NCBI RefSeq assembly: GCF_000315625.1
Contig: NW_005434667.1
Coordinates: 921,061 to 985,060 of the forward strand
Source of the DNA: Guillardia theta CCMP2712
Lineage: Eukaryota > Protista > Cryptophyta
Length of the DNA: 64,000 nucleotides
Reading direction: 5' to 3'
Shown: in pieces, positions 12,085 through 24,762 of the stretch
Numbering within the stretch: position 1 is the stretch's first letter
Layout: each line of letters opens with the position of its first letter
Translations under genes and position numbers: made by a program
Notes under the pieces: generated by a model
Databases searched by the model: none
Seen by the model: only the letters and a program-made list of their open reading frames with translations
Told to the model about the DNA's origin: nothing

Positions 12085-12558
12085 TCAGTTGTCGATTTTG
12101 TGAATATATTTTCCCAACCGATCAAGATTTTCGGTCATGAAGCTAATCGCCCTACTTGCATAAAGTTTAAGACTGTGAATTCTCTGATACAGAGCACCGT
12201 TTGGCGGATTTTCCTCAGTTCTGAGAAAACGTCTGTGGCCAGAGAGGTTATGAGAAATGAGCTGCAAAGCTTTCACTGCAATCCTCTTAAATTCTTGAGG
12301 GTACAATATCCTGGCAAGAAACGCGACAGGGAGCAAAGCTGCCATCATGAACAACAGCGAGCAAATCCCAAGGAAAACGGCAGAGGAAAACAATATTATC
12401 CCACCGAAGAGGGAGACTCCGAAGCCGCTGAAAAGAGCGAACCCTGTGAATATGACAGGAAGGTAGAGAAGGACAAGAGCAGGAGCTGCAACAACTGCCA
12501 GTCCCTTCACGTCCGATGCGAGCGACATCATCGCCAACGCGGTTCCCTTCCTCTCCAT
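12085..12558 (-). CDS. Small membrane protein with one long hydrophobic segment (LDAF1/promethin- or oleosin-like topology)
   Basis: Intronless 157-aa ORF with about 60 consecutive uncharged residues (LAVVAAPALVLLYLPVIF...LLPVAFLA). Confidence 0.65.
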   Translation of the reverse strand: MERKGTALAMMSLASDVKGLAVVAAPALVLLYLPVIFTGFALFSGFGVSLFGGIILFSSAVFLGICSLLFMMAALLPVAFLARILYPQEFKRIAVKALQLISHNLSGHRRFLRTEENPPNGALYQRIHSLKLYASRAISFMTENLDRLGKYIHKIDN

Positions 12559-12599
12559 GGCGACTCACAAGCCTGAGATCAGTGGAGGGCTTGAATTTT

Positions 12600-13145
12600 T
12601 AAAAATATTCACTACCCCCCACCCTGTATACCAATAGACCCACCCCTGTATTATCAGATGAATGAAGAGCCAAGTACCGGTATTTGCAACTAACCCCTAC
12701 CCCCTGTTCGCACAATTTGAATCCCTTGCCCTTAGGTTTTTGAAAGGTTACCATCGAAGGGGTGGCATAAACATATTTGGAGGGGTGATTAAAACATGGG
12801 GTCAGTGCAGGGGGTAGGGGTTATTATGACAGCGACCAATGATACAGTAAGAAAGGGGGGTAGATATCCAATGTTGGTTGTCTAACAGGAGGGTGGGGGT
12901 GGGTCGAAGAGGGTGGGTGGATATTCGTCATTTGTGAAAGTTGACCAGATCTGAGTTTAGCAGCTCGGATGCATGAGGCAAAGTCGGGTAGGGGTATATA
13001 AGGGAGGGGTGATAGAAGATTTGTAGGGGTGATAATCAGAATGTGTGCAGATTATCCCGCAGGGGTGTAGACAAATATATTACCAAATAAGGGGTAATTG
13101 ATACAACTGGGGGGTGAAAAAATTATTATGGGGGTAGGGGGTCAT
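12600..13145. promoter_or_regulatory. Bidirectional spacer: ACCCC-rich left half, GGGGT-rich right half
   Basis: Lies between divergent genes; strand polarity flips near 12750. Promoter function is inferred. Confidence 0.5.
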
Positions 13146-13199
13146 CTTCGGCACAATTCGTGCGATGGGGGACAAACCAGGATGGACGACGACTAGAAG

Positions 13200-14765
13200 A
13201 ATGGCGAGAGGAGTGGAAGAAGAGTCGCAAGGGATGGAAATGGCGGACCAGGAATGGAATGCAAGAGGGAGAGAGAACAGGGAGGAGAGAGAGGAGAACA
13301 GAACACGAGATATGGCAGCTTGAGGTTGATGGTAGTATGCTAACTGATCGAGGAGGTGGAGTGCAGGAATCAGAGAACAGCTGGTAGACTTTCCTTGACG
13401 TACGCATAAGATAAAGAGAGATGCGAGGATTGTGAACATAGACATAGCAGTGACTCTATCAAATTGAAGTAGATAGTGATTGACTCTAGCAAATAATACA
13501 GCAGAAAGGTAGACAAAGGCGCTGGATAAGTGAAGCTGAACAACATCGCACAGGCGTGAAACTCGAGTAGCAAGCACGGAAAGCAAGCTTTTCTCATGTA
13601 GAAGGGTTGGACACATCAACCTTGAAACATGTATCACACAAGTTCCGAATCAGCCAAATGGATACCTCCGCTATGCTTGAGTGCAGACGCAGATTCGCTT
13701 CTTCAACAGGGCCCCGCGCAGCAGTTGGGCAAGCTGCTTGGGTTCTGTTTGGCAGCTCTTTCTGCTGCTTGCTTGCTGAAGATCCACACGTATGCTGTCA
13801 AGGTGAAGCTAAGAGACTTTGCCTTGTTTGGACTCATTCTGGTCACAGGAGGACATGTTGTCGCATCTTTCCTCCCCGTCAGAAGGTGAAGCATCGCAAG
13901 GGGAAGAGGCTCAACATGAGACTGGAAGCTCCACAGAGGAACAATGTCCAGCACATGAGCAGCAGGCCTACCAGGCAGTGACTGCGAACCCCCGGATCCG
14001 ACTGGGAGCAGCAAGACGAGACCCTGATGCCTTGCCGACCCTTCGCCCCTTCCGCTTGCCCGGGCTGAGTCCGCAGGACATTTTTCAGATCGGCGCAGAC
14101 TCCTCTGCCGGCTCAACGGGGTTGAGCAGCTTCCGCTCCGTTGAGAGCATGACGGATCCAGCGATGGACATGAATGTCATGGAGCTGCAAAGGGAGATCA
14201 GGGCAGCGATGGAGAAACTGCAGTCGCTGGAGTCCCGGCTGTGCTCAGTGGAGAAGGGGAGCGTGTCCGGGAACGAGGATGAAGCTGTGAGTGGCTCCGC
14301 CTCCCTCTCTGACCACGAGGCTGCTGGTTACTACTCACTGGGAGGGAGGGAGAGCGAGGTGAAGTCGGAGCCTGCTATGGCTGGTTGGGAGGGGAGGCTG
14401 GAGGGGAGCAGGGAAGAGGCGGGCCCAGTTGCCAGCAAGAGCCCACGGAGCGTTGAGAATCGCTCGGAAGCTTCAACCATCTGCTCTGTGCAGACTGACG
14501 GGCAGCCAGACTCGCTCTTCCTCGACGGTATCCCGATGCATCAATCCCTGCGGCACTGCCAGGACGCTGAGGACTTCTTCCTTGTCCACAACCCATCCTC
14601 GAGGGAGATTCCTCAGGAGGAGGAAGAGAGGGACGCCAACAGTGTGCAGGTCAGCCGTTTGCAATCCTGTGTGTTTCTCGCTCCGCTGACTGCTTGCTTT
14701 CGCATCTACAGACATTTTTTCAGACCATTATGAGCAAGAGCTTCTCGAGAGAGCTTCACTTCTGA
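13200..14765 (+). CDS. Hypothetical protein with a hydrophobic segment and a coiled coil (start uncertain)
   Basis: Exons ...LGKLLGFCLAALSAACLLKIHTYAVK|EDMLSHLSS...MELQREIRAAMEKLQSLESRL...; last exon TFFQTIMSKSFSRELHF*. Confidence 0.6.
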
Positions 14766-14844
14766 ATCTGCTTGCTCCCCAGCCCCCGCCTCCTCCTCTC
14801 CCCGCATGTACATCTCCGCTTCTCTCCTTCCCTCCCATTAAACA

Positions 14845-17800
14845 CTAGCGATCACTGATGATGAGCGATGCAAGCACCTGTAGCATGCCAGTTATCTATC
14901 CCCCCCCCCCCCGCCTACTCCACGTATTCATACTCACAGCATAATTTCCCGACGGCTGGGAAGCCGCTGTTGCTCCTAGAGGCTCCACACTGAAAAATTC
15001 CCATCAATACGAGATGAGTATAAGAGCAACGAGGAGCAGGAGGAGCAGGAGGAGGAGGAGGAGGAGGAGGATCAGCAGCAAGAATCTTGTGGAGTCCTCC
15101 CACCTGATGTGCAGACATTCTACCGGCCGAAAGCATTCGCGCATCACTTGCTGTAAAGAAGTCACGCCTGGGAGTGACAGGGGAAGGCGTACGCTCATCA
15201 TGTCCTCTCTGACACACTTCTGCGCCTGAGGGTAGCCCTGATCGCCTCCGCCACGAGATGATCCTGACATGGTCAAGTCATCGCAAGCAACGTCTTGACT
15301 CCTCCCCTCCTCTGCCTCCCCCTCCTTCTCCAACCTTCTCCTCCTCCTTCCCTCCACCTCCTCCTCCTCATCCTCCAACCGTTCTTGTCATCGATGCCCA
15401 AGATCGCGTCGACAGCAAGAATCGCACTGATTCTGCATGGCATCGCCATAGACCCTCGAGGAGGTCTCCTACACTCGTGTCAGTGATTCCTGATGGAGCA
15501 GGAGAAGAGAGGAAGGAGAGGAGGATGATGAGGGAGGGAGGGGAGGGAGGACGCAGAAGGACATGGAGAGATGAGGAGAGAGGAGGGGGGAGGAAGGAAG
15601 GAGATACTTCTTGTCTGCCACGGAGGCAGCAAGCGAGTTGTATGTTGGATCCCATGTCCTCGGAAACTTGGCACTGCTGTATGTCCCTGCACATGCTGGT
15701 GAGACCAACTCCGCTCCTCTCCTCCTTCACCGATGGCCAGGGACCGAGCGACTGCCTCCCCCAGCCCCCCGAAGGTCTTCGCGCTTCCTCCTCCTCGCTC
15801 TTCCGACGGCTTCGGATCCATCAAGAGATCTCGCAGCTCCATCACGGGGAGCAGGAGGTGGTTCTGTGCTGCAAGCTCGCCCTCCCTCTCCGCGCCCTCC
15901 CGCACGTCCAGCCCTTTAGAGAGGAAGGGAACTCCTTCGAACTTCCCAATAAGAAGAGCAGCAGAGGTGGAGGTTGGGACCTGGCAGGCGGACATAAAGG
16001 AAGACATAGCCTTCCTCATCGCCTTCCAGATCGCCTCCTGGTTTGGAACCGTGCTCACGAACACAACAAGTCTATCCCCCGCCCGCCTCCTGGACAGGTC
16101 CAGCAGCACAGCAAGCATTCCTCCGTAGCTCCCCTTGGGCAGGTTGATCCCTGGATGGCTGCAGCCATCGTGCCCCGGGAAAGAGAAGAAGCGATGGGAA
16201 AGGACGGGAAACTTGGACGCGAGGAGGATGCCGGAGTCTCCAGTGAGGCCAAGCGAGCGACAGCCAACCTCGGCGACGACGTGAGCGAGTCCCAGAGGAG
16301 TCGAGAACGACTTGAGGAGCTCGAGACGCGCGGCCTCAGCATGGACTCCAAGGAGGACAAGGATGTCGAGGTTGCCCTCCTTCTCCAGCCCGCTGAGGGG
16401 GAAGGAGCAGCGGTGCAGCCACGAGACGATGTGCCTTGTCCTCTCCCGCGTGCATCGGAGCCCCGCGTGAAGGTCGCAGTCCAGCTGGAAGAGGTTTAGG
16501 GGATGCTGTCGCAGGGAGGAACTCCCTTCCTTCCTCTGCCTGTGACCCATCCTGTAGCTTTCCTGCAGGGCGATGAAGCTCAGCGGGCAGGGGGTGCGGA
16601 GGAGGAAGAAGCGCGAGGTCGCATGGCTGCCGCTGTTGCCGTTGAGGTACTCCCTCTCCACGTGCCATCCTGGCGACGCGCTGGAGGAGAAGACGACGCG
16701 TCCTGAAAGGGATAACTCCCACCGCATGTAGAACTCAACGCTGCCGAAGCCGCCGCTGCTTTCTCCTCCTCCTCCTTCTCCTGTCTTCACCTCGTACGCC
16801 ACCTCAGCCGAGGGACTGGAGAGTAAACCACCAAGAGACTCGCTGGCCATCACGATCTCCTCCCCCGGCGAGATCTCGGGAGGAGGGAGGATCGCCCAAC
16901 GCATCTGCTCTCCACCGTAGCGCTGGAGGGACAGCGAGAGAGTCGTGCAGTTCAGCACATGGAGCATGACGCTCTTCTGCCCTCGGGACGAGGAGGAACG
17001 GAGGGGCCCAGATAGTCTCTGCTCCGCCTCCACCTGCAGGGTGGCCACAGGGATCTGCCGCAGGCTGGAGACGATCTCCCAAGACCTCTCGTCCAGCTTC
17101 TTGAGCTCGTCCAGGTTGCAGTCTGTCCACAGGGCTTCTCTCTTACTCACATGCTCGAACTCATCCCCTCCAGAGGAATGCTCGTCCTCGTTCGATGAGT
17201 TTCCCCCCTCGTAACCTTCCTCGTGAACCTGATGCTCCTCCTGCTCATCAGCTGCAATCTCCTCCTGCTCCTCCTCCTGCTCCTGCTCATTCTCCTGCTC
17301 CTGCTCCTGATCCTGCCCCTTTTGATCCCCTGGTCCCTCCTGTTCATCGTGCTGCCGCTTCTCCTCTTCCTTAGCCGAGATTCCCTCCATGTCTCCTTTC
17401 AGCATCCCTCCATCCCTCCCTCTCTTCTCCTCCTCGTAGATACAGTCTGACGGAGACTTTCTCTCACTTTCCCGTTGCTGGCGGTGAGACCGTAGAATAT
17501 GAAGGTCGAGGATGTTCATGGCTCTTGCGGCCGCCGCCATGATCTCCTCCTCTGAGATCTCATTGAAGCTGTCCTGCTGGTGGGTTGAAGCTCCCTCTTC
17601 CGGTTCAGAAACCTGCTCATCCTCCTCTTTCCTGCTCGCAGCTCCATCTTCTCGAGATCGTGCTGGAGAAAGTTGGGTGGGATGACCAGCGGGAGATGCC
17701 GTTCCGAGTCCTTCACCCATCTTTGAAAGTAAGCTCCGTTCCACTTCGTCCTCGTGGTCCTCCTCCTCTCCTTTTCCTCTATCCTGCTCTTCTCCTTCAC

Positions 17801-19060
17801 CCCCATTCTGCTTCTCCATTGACTCCTCGTCGTTGTTGTTGCTCGCATCCAGGTTTTGCTTCTCGTTCTCTAACTTAACAACCTGCTCCTCAACTCTCTT
17901 CTCGTCTCCATTCATCATCGCTTCAGCAGACCAGTGACAACTATTTTGATCCTCCGGGAACAGCTTTGGGCTGAAAAGTCGATTAGCTGGAGACGAAGAG
18001 ACTGCAAGTGGAAGCATAAATCACCTTTCTCCTCGCCGCTGCTTCTCCATCCTCGAAGACGAATTTGTCTTCGGGCTCCTCTGCCCGTTGCGCGAAAGAC
18101 TCGTTGGACTCGATGGAAGGTCGAGATGATGAGAGACTTTCTTGGTGGGCGACCTGACGTCGATACGTTCGTGGAATCTTTGCGCTTTCTTCTCGAACGC
18201 AGCGCAGCTCATCTTTTTCCTTAGGTCTGGAAAATTGCAAAACTGAGCACGCAACCGACTTTACAGCAAGGGTAACCGGGATCATCAAACGCCATGATGC
18301 TTGACTTGGCACACTCCTTGGCGCCATGCAGCTTTGACATCCTCGACGTCTTCAACACTGTATGCTTCACCTGAATGCCTGTGTGCCTTTGCGTGAGAGG
18401 CCCGAGGTTGAGAAAGTTACGAATATTGACGATGAACGTGTGGTCTCTGCGCAAGGTGAGGGATCACATGGAGAGCTCTGCAATCATGGGCATGCATTAC
18501 ATTCGGTTCAGCCTTGAGGCGAGAGGATCATCTCTCGGGTTGAAAAGCGACAAATCGAGGAGCTTCTCCTGCTGCCAAATCCCCTCCTGCCATCAACCGC
18601 GGATCAGAAGTCGCTGACAAGGAGGAGGAGGAGAGCAAGAGCTCACCAACATCCGATCCGTGACAGCGAGGAAAGGAGCAGTTACACGAAGGAGCGCCAG
18701 CCACTCTCCTATCAAGTTTCGCACGCTCTAGCAACGAGCTGTCAGGGAGTAGCGGACGTGGTGGCGGTTACCAGTGCGATGACTGCCGTCAGTTGAGCCG
18801 CAGGGATCAAGACTTGGAAAGGCGATGAAGAGCTCGGGATTTGACCCACAGCACTGATTTGTTGGACTCCATCCAGAGAGAAATTGTTGTTGGGCCTGCT
18901 CTCTTTCGATTTTCTTGCAGTCTCCACGTAGCGACTCTTGACAAGTGACAGATTATTTTGAAGGATAGGTGAGACCGATCTTGTATATTCATCTGGCTTC
19001 AAGATCGATTTCATCTTCACAGCTTCAACATGTTTTGACTCCTTCCGTACTCACCAGCAT
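14845..19060 (-). CDS. Large protein: disordered acidic N-terminal half + aegerolysin-like domain + degenerate sphingomyelinase-like EEP domain
   Basis: ATG CTG|gtgagt at 19060, several small exons, then the 845-codon ORF containing KSVMLHVLNCT..WAILPPPEISPGE..SES..YMRW, DILVLLGVH and DSGILLASKFP; final exons give SGNYA|VLASLIISDR*. Splicing around 15.4-15.6 kb is unresolved. Confidence 0.7.
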
Positions 19061-19138
19061 CTCATTCGGCGTGCGAGGAACGAAGTCGGCGTATACCACA
19101 GAAATCGATTCCTCTGTGTGAACCTTGCAAAGTCCTGA

Positions 19139-19642
19139 ATGAGCACCGTTCTCAACATCCCGAGCACTCACGATCTCGACGAGCAGGTGTGGCATCAAGG
19201 AATGATCAGAATCTACGATGGCGAGGAGTCTCGAGTGAGTCTGCTGCAATCCTGTTGAGGGGGTGAGGAAAACTAGTGCCATACTATGAACCAATGTGGG
19301 GAGATCATCAAACATATATAATGACCCATTTTTCTGTCAAGATTCATAACAACGACGATGTCAAGGGGGATACCGTTCAGGTGTACTTGGATGAAGACTA
19401 TCTTGATGATCTGGAATGTCTCGATCAGAGCTCTGAGTCCCCTCCTTACTCTCCTCACGCTCGTCTCGGAGATGCCGAAAGTTTTGATACTCTGACAGTG
19501 AATCCTTCCCACGTCCTGCTTGCTGTTGCTCAACTTCAAGGAATCCTGTCACCCTGTTTCAGTGATCATCAAGCCAGTCGCTCCTGACCTGTTGGATCTT
19601 TTCATCGATGACAGTATCCACTTCTTCGTTGACGAACGATAG
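19139..19642 (+). CDS. Small acidic hypothetical protein (3 exons)
   Basis: MSTVLNIPSTHDLDEQVWHQGMIRIYDGEESR|IHNNDDVKGDTVQVYLDEDYLDDLE...|ESCHPVSVIIKPVAPDLLDLFIDDSIHFFVDER*, with clean GT-AG introns. Confidence 0.6.
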
Positions 19643-19781
19643 AATTCCTTCCAAAAGTTCGCCATGTAGGATTTTCATGTGATCGTAACTCATCCTTGTC
19701 TCGTGGCGACGATGAACCGTTGTCCTCGCCATGATTGCAGCTGTGTCTGTGTTCTCTTCACGCTTCGTTCATGTGCATAAT

Positions 19782-20056
19782 TCAGTCATGCCTCATGATG
19801 GATCGCTCCATTTCATTCAGATATGAGCGTCTCCAGCTTCTGCGGATATGTGCGTCTCCAGCTCCTCTGTTGCATCCCGACAGATCGGGAGTTATCTGGA
19901 CTTGTATGACCAGCGGCAGCATGCACACTGGGAACCATGGGGAAGGAGCATAAGACTTCACGCGCTTTCTATGTCCTGCATTGAGTCCCTCCTCTTGTTC
20001 GTCATCCTCCTCATACAACCATCGCAACTCCAGACCTACGCAACTTCTCAGACCAT
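19782..20056 (-). CDS. Small hypothetical protein
   Basis: ATG followed immediately by a 44-nt GT-AG intron, then EDDEQEEGLNAGHRKRVKSYAPSPWFP...; 3' end ambiguous. Confidence 0.4.
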
Positions 20057-20134
20057 CGCGGGCTCAATGTTCCGAGTTTGACAGAGGCGGGTTAGCTGCG
20101 GGGTATTTGAGTAATACTATTGAATATACTTATT

Positions 20135-21070
20135 ACCCGGCTGCCGCTGTGCCAGTCGCGGCGCACCACTGGCACTGAGTCGACGGCCCGGCGGGTGCCG
20201 CAGCTGAGACGGCGGCCCACCACTCTCCAAGGCTCATATGCCAGTCAGAGTGATGGAACCGTCCGTATGCCAGCCGTGCTAGTCAGATAGCGCCGAGTTA
20301 ACCGTTGAAAAACTCCGAGTCAGCCTCCTGTAAACCAAGCTGAATGCTTGGGCTTTACCGTCGAGTCTTGAGCAACAGTGAACTCCGAAACTGTCTTGTC
20401 GCCGGAAGTCAAGTTAGGCTGGCACCACACTGTGATGCTCAGTGCTCAGCCTGTCACCCGGGCCCGGCGAGTGGAATAGCAACGTGTCGGCGGGCCGCCG
20501 GCGCGCGGCGCGCCGCCGGCCCGCCGGGCCGCCCGGAGTCCGAGCCGGCGGGGGGCGATAATGAGTAAAATTCAAACGGCAGTGTTGCGACTCCTGAGAT
20601 GAGGCTCCTGACTCTTGCAGTGCTGGGCCGCTAGTCTCTGACTGCCGGTACCGACCCCAGTAAAAAAGGGGGTGGGGTGTTGATATAAATCCCCTACCCT
20701 TGTCCGATATACCCCTGTTTACGAGGTGAATTCTACCCGTCCCTCCTCTCACCAATGCAGGGATGTACAAAAGTTCCCCACAACCCCTGCACCACCCCGC
20801 CAGTTCGAATTCAGGCTTCCGACCCCACAGATGTGGCGGACTACCCCCTACCCATCATACCTGATTTAGAACCATGCTCTTTCCCTGATATCACCCTCAG
20901 ATGTGACCAGGGGGTGGTAAATTGTACCCTCTCTTCGCCCTGTCATGGCCCTTCCTGAGTTCCAACCCGCGCAACAAGAAATTTGTACAGGTGGGGGTAT
21001 ATTGGGTACCCCTTGTTTTGACAATGAATCTTGTGGTAGTCTTTCAACGAATGAGTAGGGGTGATACCCT
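20135..21070. promoter_or_regulatory. Divergent spacer: GC-rich GAGTC/CCGG island followed by an ACCCC/GGGGT tract
   Basis: Same two-part composition as 9.7-10.56 kb. Confidence 0.4.
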
Positions 21071-21151
21071 CATTAGATTTTAAAATAGTGGTTACAAGAA
21101 TATACAAGAATAACCGATGAATACGGCTTCATCGCATTTCAGGAAAGAAGC

Positions 21152-22219
21152 ATGCAGCGAGGCCGTCGAGGAATGGCGGCTTTTCAGGCCCTCCGCGTCT
21201 GTTTCGGCTCTATTCTTGCTGTTATGCTTGATGAGACTACTGCATTCAATCATCTTGCCACTTCTCCAGCGTTTCAGAGACATGCAGTCAAGCCCGGCGC
21301 AAGTTGCACGAAGCGGGGGACATTTGATCACGTGCAGTCTGTTCGTCCTTTCCAGTTGAGAATGTCTAGCAGAGAAGACGATTCCAAATCACCATTCGTC
21401 TACTTCAAAGATGTAGAGTTCTACAGTGATGACGGCAATAGTTTGGAGACTCTCTCGACCCGTCCTTTGGGTAGAGTGGAAGAAATCGGCATTTTCCCGC
21501 TGGGCTTGGTTTTGAATCCTGGTGCGCGTGTGCCACTTCACATCATGGAAATGAGATACCGGCAACTTTTTACAAAGACGTGGGAAGGAAAACAGAAGGT
21601 AGTGAATTTTTTTTGTGTTCGAAGACGTTGTACTAATCTGGAGTGTCAGGTTGGATTCGTGATGTATGACAAGGATCGTAACCGATGGGCAAAGGTTGGT
21701 ACAACGGCGAGACTGATCAGTTTTGATACCAAGCCTGATGGGAAGATCATGACCTTGGGGGAGGGTGATGAGAGATTTAGAGTGCTCAAAGTCACGAGGA
21801 TTGGAAGCCAGATGGAATATATGAAGGCATTGGTGGAGTACATCGATGATGAAAACACTGAAGAGGATTTGAAACCGCTGGAAGAAAACGTTTGGGAATC
21901 TCTCAAGCAAGTTTTGTCCCTTTCCAATGAACTCTACGGCAAGAAGTTGGATTTGAAAGATAGTCTAAAATCTCTTGCTCCGCGCAAGTCATACAACATG
22001 GGGAAGAAACCGCTAAGGTCAGAAATCGTACGACAAAGGTTGTTTTCGTTTGCTGTTGCCCAGGTTTTGGACATGCCTCTCCTCGAACAGCAATCATTGC
22101 TGCAAGTTCAAGACACGAAGGAGAGATTCCGCAGGGAGATGGGCATGCTGGAAATGGCTCAACAATTTTTGACTGCGCAAGTGTCTCTGAAGAATGCGTT
22201 TGGATCCAGCACGGAATGA
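21152..22219 (+). CDS. Plastid-targeted LON peptidase substrate-binding-domain protein
   Basis: IGIFPLGLVLNPGARVPLHIMEMRYRQLF, VGTTARL, GDERFRVL, FSFAVAQVLDMPLLEQQSLLQ; signal peptide ending TTA|F; probable in-frame 51-nt intron at 21599-21649. Confidence 0.9.
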   Translation: MQRGRRGMAAFQALRVCFGSILAVMLDETTAFNHLATSPAFQRHAVKPGASCTKRGTFDHVQSVRPFQLRMSSREDDSKSPFVYFKDVEFYSDDGNSLETLSTRPLGRVEEIGIFPLGLVLNPGARVPLHIMEMRYRQLFTKTWEGKQKVVNFFCVRRRCTNLECQVGFVMYDKDRNRWAKVGTTARLISFDTKPDGKIMTLGEGDERFRVLKVTRIGSQMEYMKALVEYIDDENTEEDLKPLEENVWESLKQVLSLSNELYGKKLDLKDSLKSLAPRKSYNMGKKPLRSEIVRQRLFSFAVAQVLDMPLLEQQSLLQVQDTKERFRREMGMLEMAQQFLTAQVSLKNAFGSSTE

Positions 22220-22476
22220 TTGCAAACTCACTGTCGAACTGTTTAATAGAATGAAGGTTAACAAAAGCTGAGGATTTAGATATTGATATGTCCTCTCTTT
22301 TAACGATTTGATTTACCTGTGCAAAATGACTGAATAAAAGTACGAAATTTTGGAACGGAATAACACATCATCTCATCTCAGATGTTTGTTGAGCCATCCT
22401 CAACACCAAATCTGATTTATTCCATAGCAAGGTACCGTTTAACATCCGTTGAAGATGTTATTTGTGACAAGAACAT

Positions 22477-22974
22477 CTACGCTTGATCGGTCTTGAGGGT
22501 ACTCAGCTTGGGCGTTCTGTAGGAAACATATGGTCTGAGCTGTGTTGCTGTTTCAGTTTCATGGATGAGTCAAATCAAATCCTGCTTACATCACAGTCCG
22601 TGAAATCTGGGACAACCAATTCTTCGATCTTGTGCTCCTGCCTATGAAAGTTTCCTGCAAGTATTTAATGTCAGACAGAAGGAGACAGGCAGCAGATCGA
22701 TCGGGTAACGTACCATGCTTGGTAATAAATCCTGTACTCTTGGCTCCTTTTCCTTTGTAAAAATTCCTCTGTATGCAAATCAGGTCATCACCATTACAGC
22801 AATGCGGTAGAAAGGTAAGGAGAACAATCAAGATCAAACGACACGTACAGGGCCTCTCTTGGATGTCATGGGGAATCGTCCAAAGCTATGTCCCTGCCTG
22901 TTACTGAACTTTCCTCTGATGTTCTCCATCATGCTCGCAAGCGCAGCCGCCACAGGTCTCCTCGCTGCCTCCAT
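22477..22974 (-). CDS. MRPL41: Mitochondrial ribosomal protein mL41 (MRP-L27 family)
   Basis: Spliced MEAARRPVAA...MTSKRGP|RNFYKGKGAKSTGFITKHG|NFHRQEHKIEELVVPDFTDCD|LRPYVSYRTPKL, matching the TSKRG..FYKGKG..VVPD..LKPYV signature. Not present as a single ORF in the track. Confidence 0.9.
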
Positions 22975-23205
22975 CGCGATCAGCCGGCGCCTCCAGCCCC
23001 CTGAGGCCGACGCGAGGCAGTGAGCTCTGAGGCGAGCTTGAATTTATTCTGAGGCGAAGCGCATCGCTTTCAGCTTTGATCCTCACGGTCTGCATCGATA
23101 GTCATTTCTCTATTTGTATGTTGCTGCCTTTTTTTGTGCCTATTCGCTTGCTCTGACTTTGCTCGCAAAGTTGCTACAACAGGCCCATCGGGCCTTCCGG
23201 TCGCC

Positions 23206-24658
<1,453 letters not shown>

Positions 24659-24762
24659 TGCATCGTAAGGCAGAAAATTGTACATGTACATATCCATGTT
24701 AAATTAAGAAACTTTGCTATCTAAGTGAATGAAAACAAGTTGAAAGCTCCATGAACGCTGTA

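Noticed and set aside
15258-16499. 413-aa plus-strand ORF
   Set aside because: Antisense to the EEP-domain exon; no protein-like features.
19025-19315. Minus-strand ORF as a further 5' exon of the aegerolysin-EEP gene
   Set aside because: It overlaps a better + strand model (19139-19642) with clean introns.
22901-23095. 64-aa ORF MQTVRIK...
   Set aside because: Wrong frame; the mL41 reading frame starts at 22974.
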